A DNA stretch of 64,000 nucleotides, taken from Acidobacteriota bacterium (GTDB lineage Bacteria; Acidobacteriota; Holophagae; Thermotomaculales; Thermotomaculaceae). The position numbers were made by a program, and so were the translations under genes. Below, piece after piece: positions 1 through 8,808 of the stretch. The first letter of the stretch is position 1. Every line of letters starts with the position of its first letter. The notes under the pieces are model-generated. The model worked only from the letters and a program-made list of their open reading frames with translations, had not been told where the DNA came from and did no database searches. The stretch lies in the NCBI GenBank assembly GCA_026986725.1, contig JALSOA010000124.1, positions 6,296 through 70,295 of the forward strand. The letters are read 5' to 3'.

Positions 1-1929
1 TTGCGTTTGCTCTATGTAACCTTTATTGTACAGTGTTTTTGCCTTCCTTAAAATCTCCCTTTTTAAAGAAAGCATCTTTGTGTTTTCAGGATCAATTTTC
101 AAAACCTTTAACGCCATACTCAATGCCTTTGTGTAATTACTGTCATGGTAGTATTCGGTCGCCTTTTTCAAATAATAATCTTTCAGTAATTGTCTGCATT
201 CCTTTTCAATCTTACCTTCCCTGCCCCATAGATACTTTTCGGATATTGAAAATATCTCTTCAAAGTCCCTGGCTGCACTATCAGTATCTCCTTCCATAAA
301 AGCCTTTTTTCCCGACTGGTACAACCTCCTAACTTTTGAAAGGTTGTCTTTAAGCCCCTTCAACCTTGAAGGCACGCTTATGTTTTTTGCAACATACAAT
401 TGAGTTGCATCAATTATCTTTGTAATAGCATCCACCACTTTACCGTTTAGGTAAAGAGATTTCGCCTCCTTTTCTTTTTCAATAGCCTTTCTCTTTAAAT
501 TTTTCCTGAGAACAAAGTACCTTTTCATCGCCTGTTTTTTCTTCATGTAGTTTTCAAACTTCCTGGCAGTATCATCTTTAACCTGCAACACCTGCTGATT
601 TTCTGGGAATATATCTGCCAGATTGTTTGCAATTTTAAAAGCCTCTTCAACCTTGTTCTCGTCCAGAAGAGAATCTATGTCCTCCAGCTTTGTTGATATG
701 TACTCTCTACTCTTTTCCCGGTACAATTTTTCTCCTTTATCTCTGTAAACTGAGTTTTTATCTATGTTTTTAAGGATAAGGCAAGCATCTTTAAAATTAT
801 TATCTTTTAGTGCATTAACAAACTTGATGTAAATTTCTCTGTTTTTTATCTCAAACCTGGCTCTGTTGTACTCCTTTTCAAACCCTTTTAATTTAAAATT
901 GTCAATCAGATAAACCACATTATCCCAGTCTTCATTTTTATATGAATTTTTTACATCAAGTCTTAATTCTTTTTCAGATATTGACGGCTTGTTTCTTACA
1001 CTTGTTGAAGGACCGGACGGAAGCAGGAGAAGTATTACAAAAAGAAGGACAAATATGCTGCCGGTTATTATATAAAACCTCTTCTTGTTAAACCCTTTTA
1101 CACCCTTTTTTAAATCCCTTTCAATCATTGACGGAGAAAACAATTCACCGGGTGCGATAAAAACAAACTCTTTATCACCAAGTTTTAGAAAATCTCCATT
1201 CTTCAACACAGCCTTTTTAATCTTTTTACCATTGACAAAGGTCCCATTGGTACTTTCACTGTCAACTATCTCGTAATACCCGTCTTTTCTGTTAATAAAA
1301 CAATGAACCCTTGATATGGAAGGGTGATCAATAACAATATTGTTTACATCTTCCCTTCCAATTGTTGTTTCAGCATCCTTTAATTCATACTCCCCTATTA
1401 ACTCCCTGTTTTCATTAAGAAAAACCAGTCTTGCATTCTGAAGCAAGCCTTTAACTCCGTATAAAACGGTTTCTTTCCCTGTTTCCACATCATTTTCTTT
1501 ATCAGTAAAACCTTCATTATTGTCTTCTTCTATTGAACTTACAACATTCTGTACCTCTTCAACCTTTGAAGCATCCATAAACACCGTTCCATCAGAACTA
1601 ATTTCTCGCTCAACCTTTTTGTTTTTGTCAACCATAATATCCACAAGGAACTCAAAAGAAGCAAACTTAACCCTGTCGTTGTGATTCAAAACAACCCTGC
1701 CCTTTATTTGCTCTCCATTTACAAATGTACCGTTGGTGCTGTTCAAATCCTCAAGGTAAAAATTATCATCAAAACACTCAATAAGGGCATGAAAGGAGGA
1801 TACATTCCTATAATTCAAAACATAATCGTTAGAATCTTTCCTGCCAATAGTAACCCTTGTTTCATTTTCACAATCAACAATAATGGGTTTTTCTATATCT
1901 TTGCTCAAGGGTTTTAATACTGCTTTCAT
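1..1929 (-). CDS. Membrane-anchored protein with two N-terminal FHA domains, one TM helix and a TPR-like C-terminal region; 3' end runs off the window (>=643 aa)
   Basis: Absent from the ORF track because it has no stop in the window. The reverse frame from ATG 1929-1927 is open down to nt 1 by hand translation of every 60-nt line. FHA 1: RVTIGRKDSNDYVLNYRNVSSFHALI...DLNSTNGTFVNGEQI. FHA 2: TTIGREDVNNIVIDHPSISRVHCFI...DSESTNGTFVNGKKI. TM: FYIITGSIFVLLFVILLLL. TPR-like tail: ATEYYHDSNYTKALSMALKVLKIDPENTKM. The ATG overlaps the TGA of the upstream gene (ATGA). Confidence 0.8.
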   Translation of the reverse strand, partial: MKAVLKPLSKDIEKPIIVDCENETRVTIGRKDSNDYVLNYRNVSSFHALIECFDDNFYLEDLNSTNGTFVNGEQIKGRVVLNHNDRVKFASFEFLVDIMVDKNKKVEREISSDGTVFMDASKVEEVQNVVSSIEEDNNEGFTDKENDVETGKETVLYGVKGLLQNARLVFLNENRELIGEYELKDAETTIGREDVNNIVIDHPSISRVHCFINRKDGYYEIVDSESTNGTFVNGKKIKKAVLKNGDFLKLGDKEFVFIAPGELFSPSMIERDLKKGVKGFNKKRFYIITGSIFVLLFVILLLLPSGPSTSVRNKPSISEKELRLDVKNSYKNEDWDNVVYLIDNFKLKGFEKEYNRARFEIKNREIYIKFVNALKDNNFKDACLILKNIDKNSVYRDKGEKLYREKSREYISTKLEDIDSLLDENKVEEAFKIANNLADIFPENQQVLQVKDDTARKFENYMKKKQAMKRYFVLRKNLKRKAIEKEKEAKSLYLNGKVVDAITKIIDATQLYVAKNISVPSRLKGLKDNLSKVRRLYQSGKKAFMEGDTDSAARDFEEIFSISEKYLWGREGKIEKECRQLLKDYYLKKATEYYHDSNYTKALSMALKVLKIDPENTKMLSLKREILRKAKTLYNKGYIEQTQ

Positions 1930-2858
1930 TTAAGTAAATTATACCTCCTTAAAGCTATTATGTATATTTGGGAGTTCTCATCGGGTATGGTCTGCATTAT
2001 AGCAAGGTAAACATCCTTTGCACCTTCCCTGTTACCGTCGTTTTCAAGTAACCAGGCATCTTTAAAGAGTTTTTTCAAAGTCATCTTTAATTCTCTTTTG
2101 GTTTTGTTTAACGCAGGTATAATTTCATCCCAAATTGGGGGTTTAGGGGACATAGCCTGAATACTTTTTTTTGCTTTTAAGAAATAAAGAAAAGCGTTGT
2201 AAAGATTTTCCCTGTTCAAATTTTTCATCTTCAATTTTTCTCTGCCAAGGTCAAAAAACCTTTTAGCATTTTCAGGATTTTTTTTGTCTGTTATATCCTT
2301 ATCCATCCTTCTTTCAAGTTTTAAAAAGTAACTGTCAATTACCCCTACCTGAATGGGCCTTTTAACTGTTCTTTTTTTTGAAGGCATCATAAAAACAGCA
2401 AAAATACCACCGATAATTAAGATCAATATCACCCCTAAAAGCAAAAGTGTCTTTTTCTTTTTTCCCTCCCCTGCTTTTTTCAAGTCAGACATAAGATCCT
2501 GTCTTTGAAGTACAACGGTTTTATTTCCAGTGTTCTTTGCGGAGCCCTTTTCAACCCTCTCATTTCCCTCAAGTGAAACCTCCACAACATAACCACAAAA
2601 GGTTATTCTGTCTCCATTGTACAATTTCACCTCATCAACAACCTGAACCCCGTTTACAAAGGTACCATTAACACTTCCTTCGTCTTTTAGAAAATAATTG
2701 TTCCCTTTCTTTAAAATGGTGAAGTGTCTGTTTGATACAGAGGGATCATTGACGATAACATCACATGTTAGCCCCCTGCCATCAATTATCTCCCTTTTAT
2801 CAAAAGTTAACGAACCCTTTTTCACATTTCCCTGGGAAACATGTAGGTGTATTTCCAT
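1926..2858 (-). CDS. FHA domain - TM helix - helical (TPR-like) periplasmic domain protein
   Basis: 310 aa. FHA signature: DGRGLTCDVIVNDPSVSNRHFTILKKGNNYFLKDEGSVNGTFVNG. Hydrophobic span LLLLGVILILIIGGIFAVFMM near aa 147-167, followed by a helical C-terminal region of about 140 aa. Stop overlaps the next start. Confidence 0.8.
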   Translation of the reverse strand: MEIHLHVSQGNVKKGSLTFDKREIIDGRGLTCDVIVNDPSVSNRHFTILKKGNNYFLKDEGSVNGTFVNGVQVVDEVKLYNGDRITFCGYVVEVSLEGNERVEKGSAKNTGNKTVVLQRQDLMSDLKKAGEGKKKKTLLLLGVILILIIGGIFAVFMMPSKKRTVKRPIQVGVIDSYFLKLERRMDKDITDKKNPENAKRFFDLGREKLKMKNLNRENLYNAFLYFLKAKKSIQAMSPKPPIWDEIIPALNKTKRELKMTLKKLFKDAWLLENDGNREGAKDVYLAIMQTIPDENSQIYIIALRRYNLLK

Positions 2859-2896
2859 AAAGCCTCTTTACCTCAAATGAATTTCTTATCTATAAT

Positions 2897-3268
2897 TTAA
2901 CATAAAAACTCAACATCGCAAACACTATTGTTAGATTTTAACAATTTTGTTCCCTCTATCACCGCATAGGCATTTTTTACACTTGCAGTGCTATATGTTT
3001 CAACCCTCAATTGGGAAAGTATCTCACCCTCTTTTGATAGGAATATAATATCTATCGGATAGGCCATGAAAAAGGTGTGTATTGCGTTGCATTTAGTAAG
3101 TAAGAAAGCCTTTCTGTGATCCTCCTTTCTTTGAAAAAGCATTCCTCTTGATCTTGTAAAGAAATTATCGCAGAGTACAAGGTCTTTTATTGAGCAGGTA
3201 CCGTCACAGTATTTTAATTTTATCCTCTTAAACCTTCTAAGGTTTAAACTGTTAAAACCAAGAGGCAA
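2897..3268 (-). CDS. DUF192 (COG1430/UPF0127)-like small protein
   Basis: 123 aa. The core RSRGMLFQRK...AFLLTKCNAIHTFFMAYPIDIIFLSKEGEIL resembles the DUF192 pattern (GLM.R...gMlF...M..t..plDi.f.d..g.i). Its start abuts the tadC stop (3268/3269). Confidence 0.55.
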   Translation of the reverse strand: MPLGFNSLNLRRFKRIKLKYCDGTCSIKDLVLCDNFFTRSRGMLFQRKEDHRKAFLLTKCNAIHTFFMAYPIDIIFLSKEGEILSQLRVETYSTASVKNAYAVIEGTKLLKSNNSVCDVEFLC

Positions 3269-4198
3269 TTAGAAAAGCTCCCCTCTCATCCATCTAACTA
3301 TTATTCCCCCAAATAGAATAAGTACAGTTGACATCAGAATAAAAACAAGGGGGAACATAATTTTAACCGAAGCCTCTCCTGCAGCCTTCTCCGCTCTCTG
3401 AGTTCTGGTTATCCTTAAACTCTCAGCCTGAATCTTCAAAACCTGGGCAACAGGAGTTCCCATCTTTTCTGCCTGAATTATTGCGGTTACAATACTGTTT
3501 AAAGCCTCAACATCAGCTCTGTCAGCAAGGTCAAGCAATGCCTCCTGCTTGGTTTTTCCCATTCTAACTTCCTGCAAAAATTGAAAAAACTCTTCAATCA
3601 AAGGACTTTTAGTGGTGTCCTTCTCAACCATTCTCTTCACTGCTGACAAAAAATCAAGTCCGGCTTCAACCGCCATTGATAGCAGGTCAAGCTTGTAAGG
3701 AAGGTCTTTATATATTTTTATCTTTCTTTCGTCTGCCTGATTTGCAAGAAAAAAATATGGAAACACATTCCCGAAAACAAAGGCAATTAATAAAAAAACC
3801 ACGTTTATACTGCCAAACATTGAGTAATTAAAAAACGCTGCAAGTAATGTAACTATTAACCCTATTGTAAAGGCATACCCGATGTATTCGTAAGGGGTAA
3901 AACCATAGGGATAACCTGCTGCCGCAATCCTTTTCGAAAGCCTCTTTATGTGTTTTTCCGGTATTCCCATCCTGTTTGCCCTGGCAGCAACTGCCAGAAC
4001 AAACGGATATATAGATTTTAAAAAGGGGCTTTCTTCAAATGTCTTCATTTTCTTGTTTTCAAGGTGACCTGCAGGCAGGCTTTTCCTAAACTCCTCCACC
4101 TCGCTTTCAGATGGTAAAAAAAAGTAAACAACAATAAAAATGGCAAAAAAGATCAAAATACTTGCAAGTAAATAGTAAAGTTCAAGACTCATGTTCAC
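3269..4198 (-). CDS. tadC: Tad/Flp pilus assembly inner-membrane platform protein TadC (T2SS-F family)
   Basis: 309 aa polytopic membrane protein. It is the second of two GspF-like paralogs directly after cpaF, matching the tadA-tadB-tadC order. Confidence 0.8.
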   Translation of the reverse strand: MNMSLELYYLLASILIFFAIFIVVYFFLPSESEVEEFRKSLPAGHLENKKMKTFEESPFLKSIYPFVLAVAARANRMGIPEKHIKRLSKRIAAAGYPYGFTPYEYIGYAFTIGLIVTLLAAFFNYSMFGSINVVFLLIAFVFGNVFPYFFLANQADERKIKIYKDLPYKLDLLSMAVEAGLDFLSAVKRMVEKDTTKSPLIEEFFQFLQEVRMGKTKQEALLDLADRADVEALNSIVTAIIQAEKMGTPVAQVLKIQAESLRITRTQRAEKAAGEASVKIMFPLVFILMSTVLILFGGIIVRWMRGELF

Positions 4199-4203
4199 CT
4201 GCC

Positions 4204-5064
4204 TTATATGTCAATGTTAATAACTTTTCTGAGAAAATATATTCCAATTAGCCACAAAACAGCCGCAAAAAACAGTATAACAGTGCCCTGAGGGGTATTG
4301 AAAAGCGGTTGCATAAGGTCAGGGGATATAGATGCAAGTACAAGTGCAAGGGCAAATGGCATACCACCGAGAACAACCGCCTGCATCCTCCCCTGTGCAG
4401 TTAATGCCTTTATCTTTGCTTCAAGTCTCATTATCTCTTTTATCGATTCAGCCAGTTTTTTAAAAATTTCGGCAATGTTACCCCCTGTTTGACGGGAGAT
4501 AAGTATTGCCGTCACAAGCAGGTCAAAGTTGTTTGATCTGAGTCTTTCTGCCATGTTTTCAAGTGCCTGGTCAAAGGGTACCCCAAGTCTTAACTCATTT
4601 ACCAATAATCCGAATTCCTGAGAAACAGGGGGAACCAGCTGCTTGCTTACCACCTCACATGCCTGGGGAAGGGTTAATCCAGCAGACACAGAGTTGGAAA
4701 GCACATAGAGAGCATCTATCAATTGCACCTCCAATTTTTCAGCCCTTTTCCTCGCAGTAAACCATAGAAAAACTCTTGGTAAAAAATACCCTATTACACA
4801 AAATAGAATGGCAAAAAGAACACTGTCAAATGTCAAATACCCAACCAGAGTCATCCCAATTGCTGAAAGAATTGTATTTCTATAAAATCTCTCAGGTGAA
4901 TATGGAATAAAATTCCTGTTTAATTCAGTTCCAACCTTTTCTATATACCCCTGTTTGTACCTTTTATAACCAAGAAGTACTGCCTCATAAATGGAATAGG
5001 CAAAAAATGCAATCCCAAAAAATATAAAAATGTTTGAAACCCAGAAAACCAGTGTCTCGTACAT
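4204..5064 (-). CDS. tadB: Tad/Flp pilus assembly inner-membrane platform protein TadB (T2SS-F family)
   Basis: 286 aa. TM helices flank a cytoplasmic GspF-like helical domain (LIDALYVLSNSVSAGLTLPQA...). It starts 3 nt after cpaF. Confidence 0.8.
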   Translation of the reverse strand: MYETLVFWVSNIFIFFGIAFFAYSIYEAVLLGYKRYKQGYIEKVGTELNRNFIPYSPERFYRNTILSAIGMTLVGYLTFDSVLFAILFCVIGYFLPRVFLWFTARKRAEKLEVQLIDALYVLSNSVSAGLTLPQACEVVSKQLVPPVSQEFGLLVNELRLGVPFDQALENMAERLRSNNFDLLVTAILISRQTGGNIAEIFKKLAESIKEIMRLEAKIKALTAQGRMQAVVLGGMPFALALVLASISPDLMQPLFNTPQGTVILFFAAVLWLIGIYFLRKVINIDI

Positions 5065-5067
5065 AAT

Positions 5068-6759
5068 TTACACCCTGAATAGATCCTCGGGCACGGGTAT
5101 CCCTCTTGCCTTGAACTCTGCAAGGAAGGACGGCAAATAGCCTGTTGCCATATGTTTGCCAATTACCCTGCCCTCACTATCAATACCAGCCTGTTCAAAT
5201 CTGAAAATCTCCTCAGTTACTATGTTGTAATCGTCATCAACCCCCAAAACCTCCGTAATACTTGTAATCTTTCTGGTACCATCACTTAACCTCTGCTGCT
5301 GAACAATAATGTCAATTGCAGACGCTATCTGATCCCGAATTGCCCTTATTGGTAACTCCATTCCTGACATTAAAACCATTGTTTCAAGCCTTCTTAAAAT
5401 ATCATCAGGAGAGTTGGCATGTCCGGTGGTCATTGAACCAGCATGACCTGTGTTCATAGCCTGAAGCATGTCCAGTGCTTCACCACCTCTGCACTCTCCA
5501 ACAATTATTCTGTCTGGCCTCATTCTCAAAGCGTTTTTGACAAGGTCTCTTATCGTTATCTCACCCTTTCCCTCAACATTTGGTGGCTTTGACTCAAGGG
5601 AAACCACATGTTTCTGAGGAAGTCTCAATTCAGCAGCATCCTCAATGGTTACAATTCTCTCATCTCCAGGAATAAAAGAGGATAACACATTTAAAAGGGT
5701 GGTTTTACCTGATCCTGTTCCACCGGAGATTATTATATTTTTTCTTCCTTTAACACATATCTCAAGGAATGTGGCCATGGGCCTGTTTAAAGTACCAAAC
5801 CTTACAAGATCATCAATTGTCAGGTTCTTTTTACCGAACTTTCTTATGGTCAAACATGGACCCTTCAAAGCAAGCGGAGGTATTATTGCATTTACCCTGG
5901 AGCCATCCTTCAATCTTGCATCAACAAGAGGCTGAGATTCGTCAATTCTTTTTCCGATAGGTGCAACAATCCTCTCTATTATTGCCATCAACGCAGCATC
6001 AGAGGAAAACCTTTTATCTGTTTCAACGATCTTCCCCTTTTTTTCAACATAGATAAGGTCCTTGTGTATCACCATGATTTCACTGACATCGTCATCCCGT
6101 AAAAAGTCTTCCAGGGGGCCAAGCCCAACAACCTCATCAAGCATCTCTTTTTTCAGGGTTTTTCTGTCCACCCATATTGGAATTTCACCTTTCATTTGAT
6201 CAAGGATCAGGTCAAGTTTCTTGCTTACAAGACTCTTTAACTCCTCATCTGCTTTTGAGGTAAAATCAACCCATCTTAAATCAAGCATCTCCAGAAGCCT
6301 TTTGTGTATCTTATCTCTTATCCCGGAAAGAGCATCAAGTTGCTCCACCGTTAACTTTTTTTCCGTTCTTTCCTTTCTAAATGGGGATTGAATTTCAACC
6401 TTGTTCTTTTTTATTTCAGGCTGTGATTTTGCTTCCTTCTTAACATTCTTCGTTTCCGCTTTCTCATTAATTTCAGGGGAAAAAATAAGACCGAACTCTC
6501 CAACGATAATGGGATTGTTTAAAGGGACTTCAACCCTCTTTCCTCTTTCCAGTCTGTCTTTGCCTACAAACACCCCATTGGAGCTCGTATCAGTTATAAA
6601 AACCCTGTCTCCTGAAACCTCAACCGTGCAATGTTTTCTTGAAACAACAGGGGATGGAAGGACTATATATGCTGGAGCCTCCCTCCCCACGATAAAATTA
6701 GATGGAATGTTTTTAAACTCTTTTCTTGAACCGTCTTTGAAAACAACGGTTAACCTCAT
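5068..6759 (-). CDS. cpaF: CpaF/TadA secretion ATPase with N-terminal FHA domain
   Basis: 563 aa. N-terminal FHA: IVGREAPAYIVLPSPVVSRKHCTVEVSGDRVFITDTSSNGVFVG. K/E-rich linker. VirB11/T2SS-E ATPase core with Walker A GGTGSGKTT, IVTIEDAAEL, RPDRIIVGECRGGEA and His box TGHAGSMTTGHAN. Confidence 0.9.
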   Translation of the reverse strand: MRLTVVFKDGSRKEFKNIPSNFIVGREAPAYIVLPSPVVSRKHCTVEVSGDRVFITDTSSNGVFVGKDRLERGKRVEVPLNNPIIVGEFGLIFSPEINEKAETKNVKKEAKSQPEIKKNKVEIQSPFRKERTEKKLTVEQLDALSGIRDKIHKRLLEMLDLRWVDFTSKADEELKSLVSKKLDLILDQMKGEIPIWVDRKTLKKEMLDEVVGLGPLEDFLRDDDVSEIMVIHKDLIYVEKKGKIVETDKRFSSDAALMAIIERIVAPIGKRIDESQPLVDARLKDGSRVNAIIPPLALKGPCLTIRKFGKKNLTIDDLVRFGTLNRPMATFLEICVKGRKNIIISGGTGSGKTTLLNVLSSFIPGDERIVTIEDAAELRLPQKHVVSLESKPPNVEGKGEITIRDLVKNALRMRPDRIIVGECRGGEALDMLQAMNTGHAGSMTTGHANSPDDILRRLETMVLMSGMELPIRAIRDQIASAIDIIVQQQRLSDGTRKITSITEVLGVDDDYNIVTEEIFRFEQAGIDSEGRVIGKHMATGYLPSFLAEFKARGIPVPEDLFRV

Positions 6760-7973
6760 TTTTTATTCCTTTGCCACCACTTTTTCTTTTCTTTGTGAAA
6801 TTCTTTAATAGGTTGATCAATCATCTGCTTCATCTCCTTGTTTTCTGCAGTAACCTTTTTTGCTGTTATAAAGATAACACCATCAGTTACTCCCCTTTGA
6901 TAATTCTTCGACCTGAACAGAGCACCAAGCACCGGAATGCTTCCAAGTCCTGGAACTTTCTCAATGTCCTGTGATTTAATCCTTTTTATAAAGCCACCAA
7001 GGGCAATGGTTTGCCCCTCTTTAATCCTTACAATTGTATTGATCTTTCTGGTGTTCAATGCTGGTATGCCATCAACACTAACTCCGCTTAATTCCGACAC
7101 CTCTGAATCAATCTTTATCCTCATGTTACCAAGGGAATCTATCTCTGGAGTGACCACAAATCTGGTTCCGTACTTTTTCCACACAACCGAAGTGGTGTTT
7201 TGAGTAACATTTCTCGTTCCAAACTCTCCACCAACGAAGTATTCTGCAGGTTGACCGGAAACCGTAATGACCCGGTGAGTGTCGTAAACCTTGGCATCTC
7301 CATTGCCAACCATTATATTCAAAGCCTGGCCAAAGTTTGAAACAATACCAATAGTGCTCTTTAAAACATCACCACTGCTAAAATCCTTTGCATAGTTCAC
7401 TGTCAAAGGCTTTATTGCCTGATTCCAGTTTATACCGTAATTACCCATCTTGTTGGTGTTGACCTCAACAAAGTTAAATTCAACCATAATGTTGTCTTCT
7501 TTTGGAAGGTATGCTCTGTTAAATTCAGCAAATTTAACAACCTGATTTCCATAAAGTTTTAAAACCTTGTCAATTCTTTTATTGTCCTTTTCGGTTAGAA
7601 TCTCTCCATCAATTATTACCCTGTCCCCAACCACTTTTATCTCTATTCCTTCAACCCCATCCAGCAATTGCTCAACCTCCTTTTTGACCTTCTCCGGGTC
7701 ATGAGAAATTACATTAACCGTTATCTCTTCAGTGGATCCGTCCCTTTTTAACAGGGTAACCGTTGTAATACCCGCTCTGACAGCCTTTAAAATTATTTTG
7801 GACTGATCCTTTGGGATCACTATCCTGACAACTGAGGGGTTACCTGAGGAAACTGATTTAACCCCTTCAGCGGGCAACACCTTTTGTTTGCCCACAACCA
7901 TTGTGATTTCCTGCGCCATTAAAGTAAAACACATCAAAATCAGAACAAACAACATAAAAACCTTTTTCTTCAT
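6756..7973 (-). CDS. cpaC: CpaC/RcpA outer-membrane secretin
   Basis: 405 aa. Signal peptide MKKKVFMLFVLILMCFTLMAQE. Pilus-N type segment VKSVSSGNPSVVRIVIP...GITTVTLL. C-terminal secretin core NTRKINTIVRIKEGQTIALGGFI...VPGLGSIPVLGALFRS. Confidence 0.9.
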   Translation of the reverse strand: MKKKVFMLFVLILMCFTLMAQEITMVVGKQKVLPAEGVKSVSSGNPSVVRIVIPKDQSKIILKAVRAGITTVTLLKRDGSTEEITVNVISHDPEKVKKEVEQLLDGVEGIEIKVVGDRVIIDGEILTEKDNKRIDKVLKLYGNQVVKFAEFNRAYLPKEDNIMVEFNFVEVNTNKMGNYGINWNQAIKPLTVNYAKDFSSGDVLKSTIGIVSNFGQALNIMVGNGDAKVYDTHRVITVSGQPAEYFVGGEFGTRNVTQNTTSVVWKKYGTRFVVTPEIDSLGNMRIKIDSEVSELSGVSVDGIPALNTRKINTIVRIKEGQTIALGGFIKRIKSQDIEKVPGLGSIPVLGALFRSKNYQRGVTDGVIFITAKKVTAENKEMKQMIDQPIKEFHKEKKKWWQRNKK

Positions 7974-7989
7974 AACATGCCTCCTTTAT

Positions 7990-8790
7990 TTATTTTAAAA
8001 CCTCTATCCTTTTCTTATTCATCTGATTTCTTTTCTTTTGAAGTTGTTTCAATGTGTCCCCACTGAATATGCTTGCAAAGTTAACCTTTTTCAGATCTTC
8101 CATAGTTTTTGTATCTTCCGGATTCCTCAAAACAAAAACGAGTTTTGTTTTTCTTCTCACAAACTCAATCAATTCAGCCTCTTCCGGAGTAACCGAAAGT
8201 GTTATGGTTCTATAATGTCGGGCTATCCTTGCGGTTTTTCTGTTGGGAGTACCAACCTGGCTGCCTATTGCCAAAACAGGCACACTCTGGAGTATGGTAA
8301 CCGTTTGACTTACCACGGTGCCCCCAACTCTGTTAAATGTTGCAAGGATATCAACATAATCCCCCGGTCTGATAAGACCAGCAACCCCTGTTTCAGAGTC
8401 AACCCTGACAGTTATTGCTCTTTCCCCGGGGAGTATTGCACCGGATAAAAACCTTGTGGAAAGACCGGCTACCCCACCTTCTCTGAAATGTGAGGCCAAA
8501 ATAGGCTCCCCTTTTTTAATATCAACCTTTGGTGGTACACCAAGTATCCTGGTAACATCCCTGACAGAAACAGCATCTTTAGGTACAAACTCTTTGAAGT
8601 ATTTTCTAACTGTTAGCATTGACCTTTCAATTGGAGTACCTGCTGCTATGTTCTTTCTGGCAACCAGAACCCTCACCAGTCTGGATTCATCCGTGTATTT
8701 CTTTTTCTCCCCCATAATGTAAAGTTGAACAAGTATTACTCCAATTACTGCAACAATAATTGCAAATACCATTGCCTTTTTTCTATCCAT
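7990..8790 (-). CDS. cpaB: CpaB/RcpC Flp pilus assembly protein
   Basis: 266 aa. N-terminal anchor MVFAIIVAVIGVILV, SAF-like VLVARKNIAAGTPI, and an RcpC-like C-terminal part (GDYVDILATF...). It sits immediately upstream of the secretin. Confidence 0.8.
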   Translation of the reverse strand: MDRKKAMVFAIIVAVIGVILVQLYIMGEKKKYTDESRLVRVLVARKNIAAGTPIERSMLTVRKYFKEFVPKDAVSVRDVTRILGVPPKVDIKKGEPILASHFREGGVAGLSTRFLSGAILPGERAITVRVDSETGVAGLIRPGDYVDILATFNRVGGTVVSQTVTILQSVPVLAIGSQVGTPNRKTARIARHYRTITLSVTPEEAELIEFVRRKTKLVFVLRNPEDTKTMEDLKKVNFASIFSGDTLKQLQKKRNQMNKKRIEVLK

Positions 8791-8808
8791 AAAACCTCCA
8801 GATAAAAG

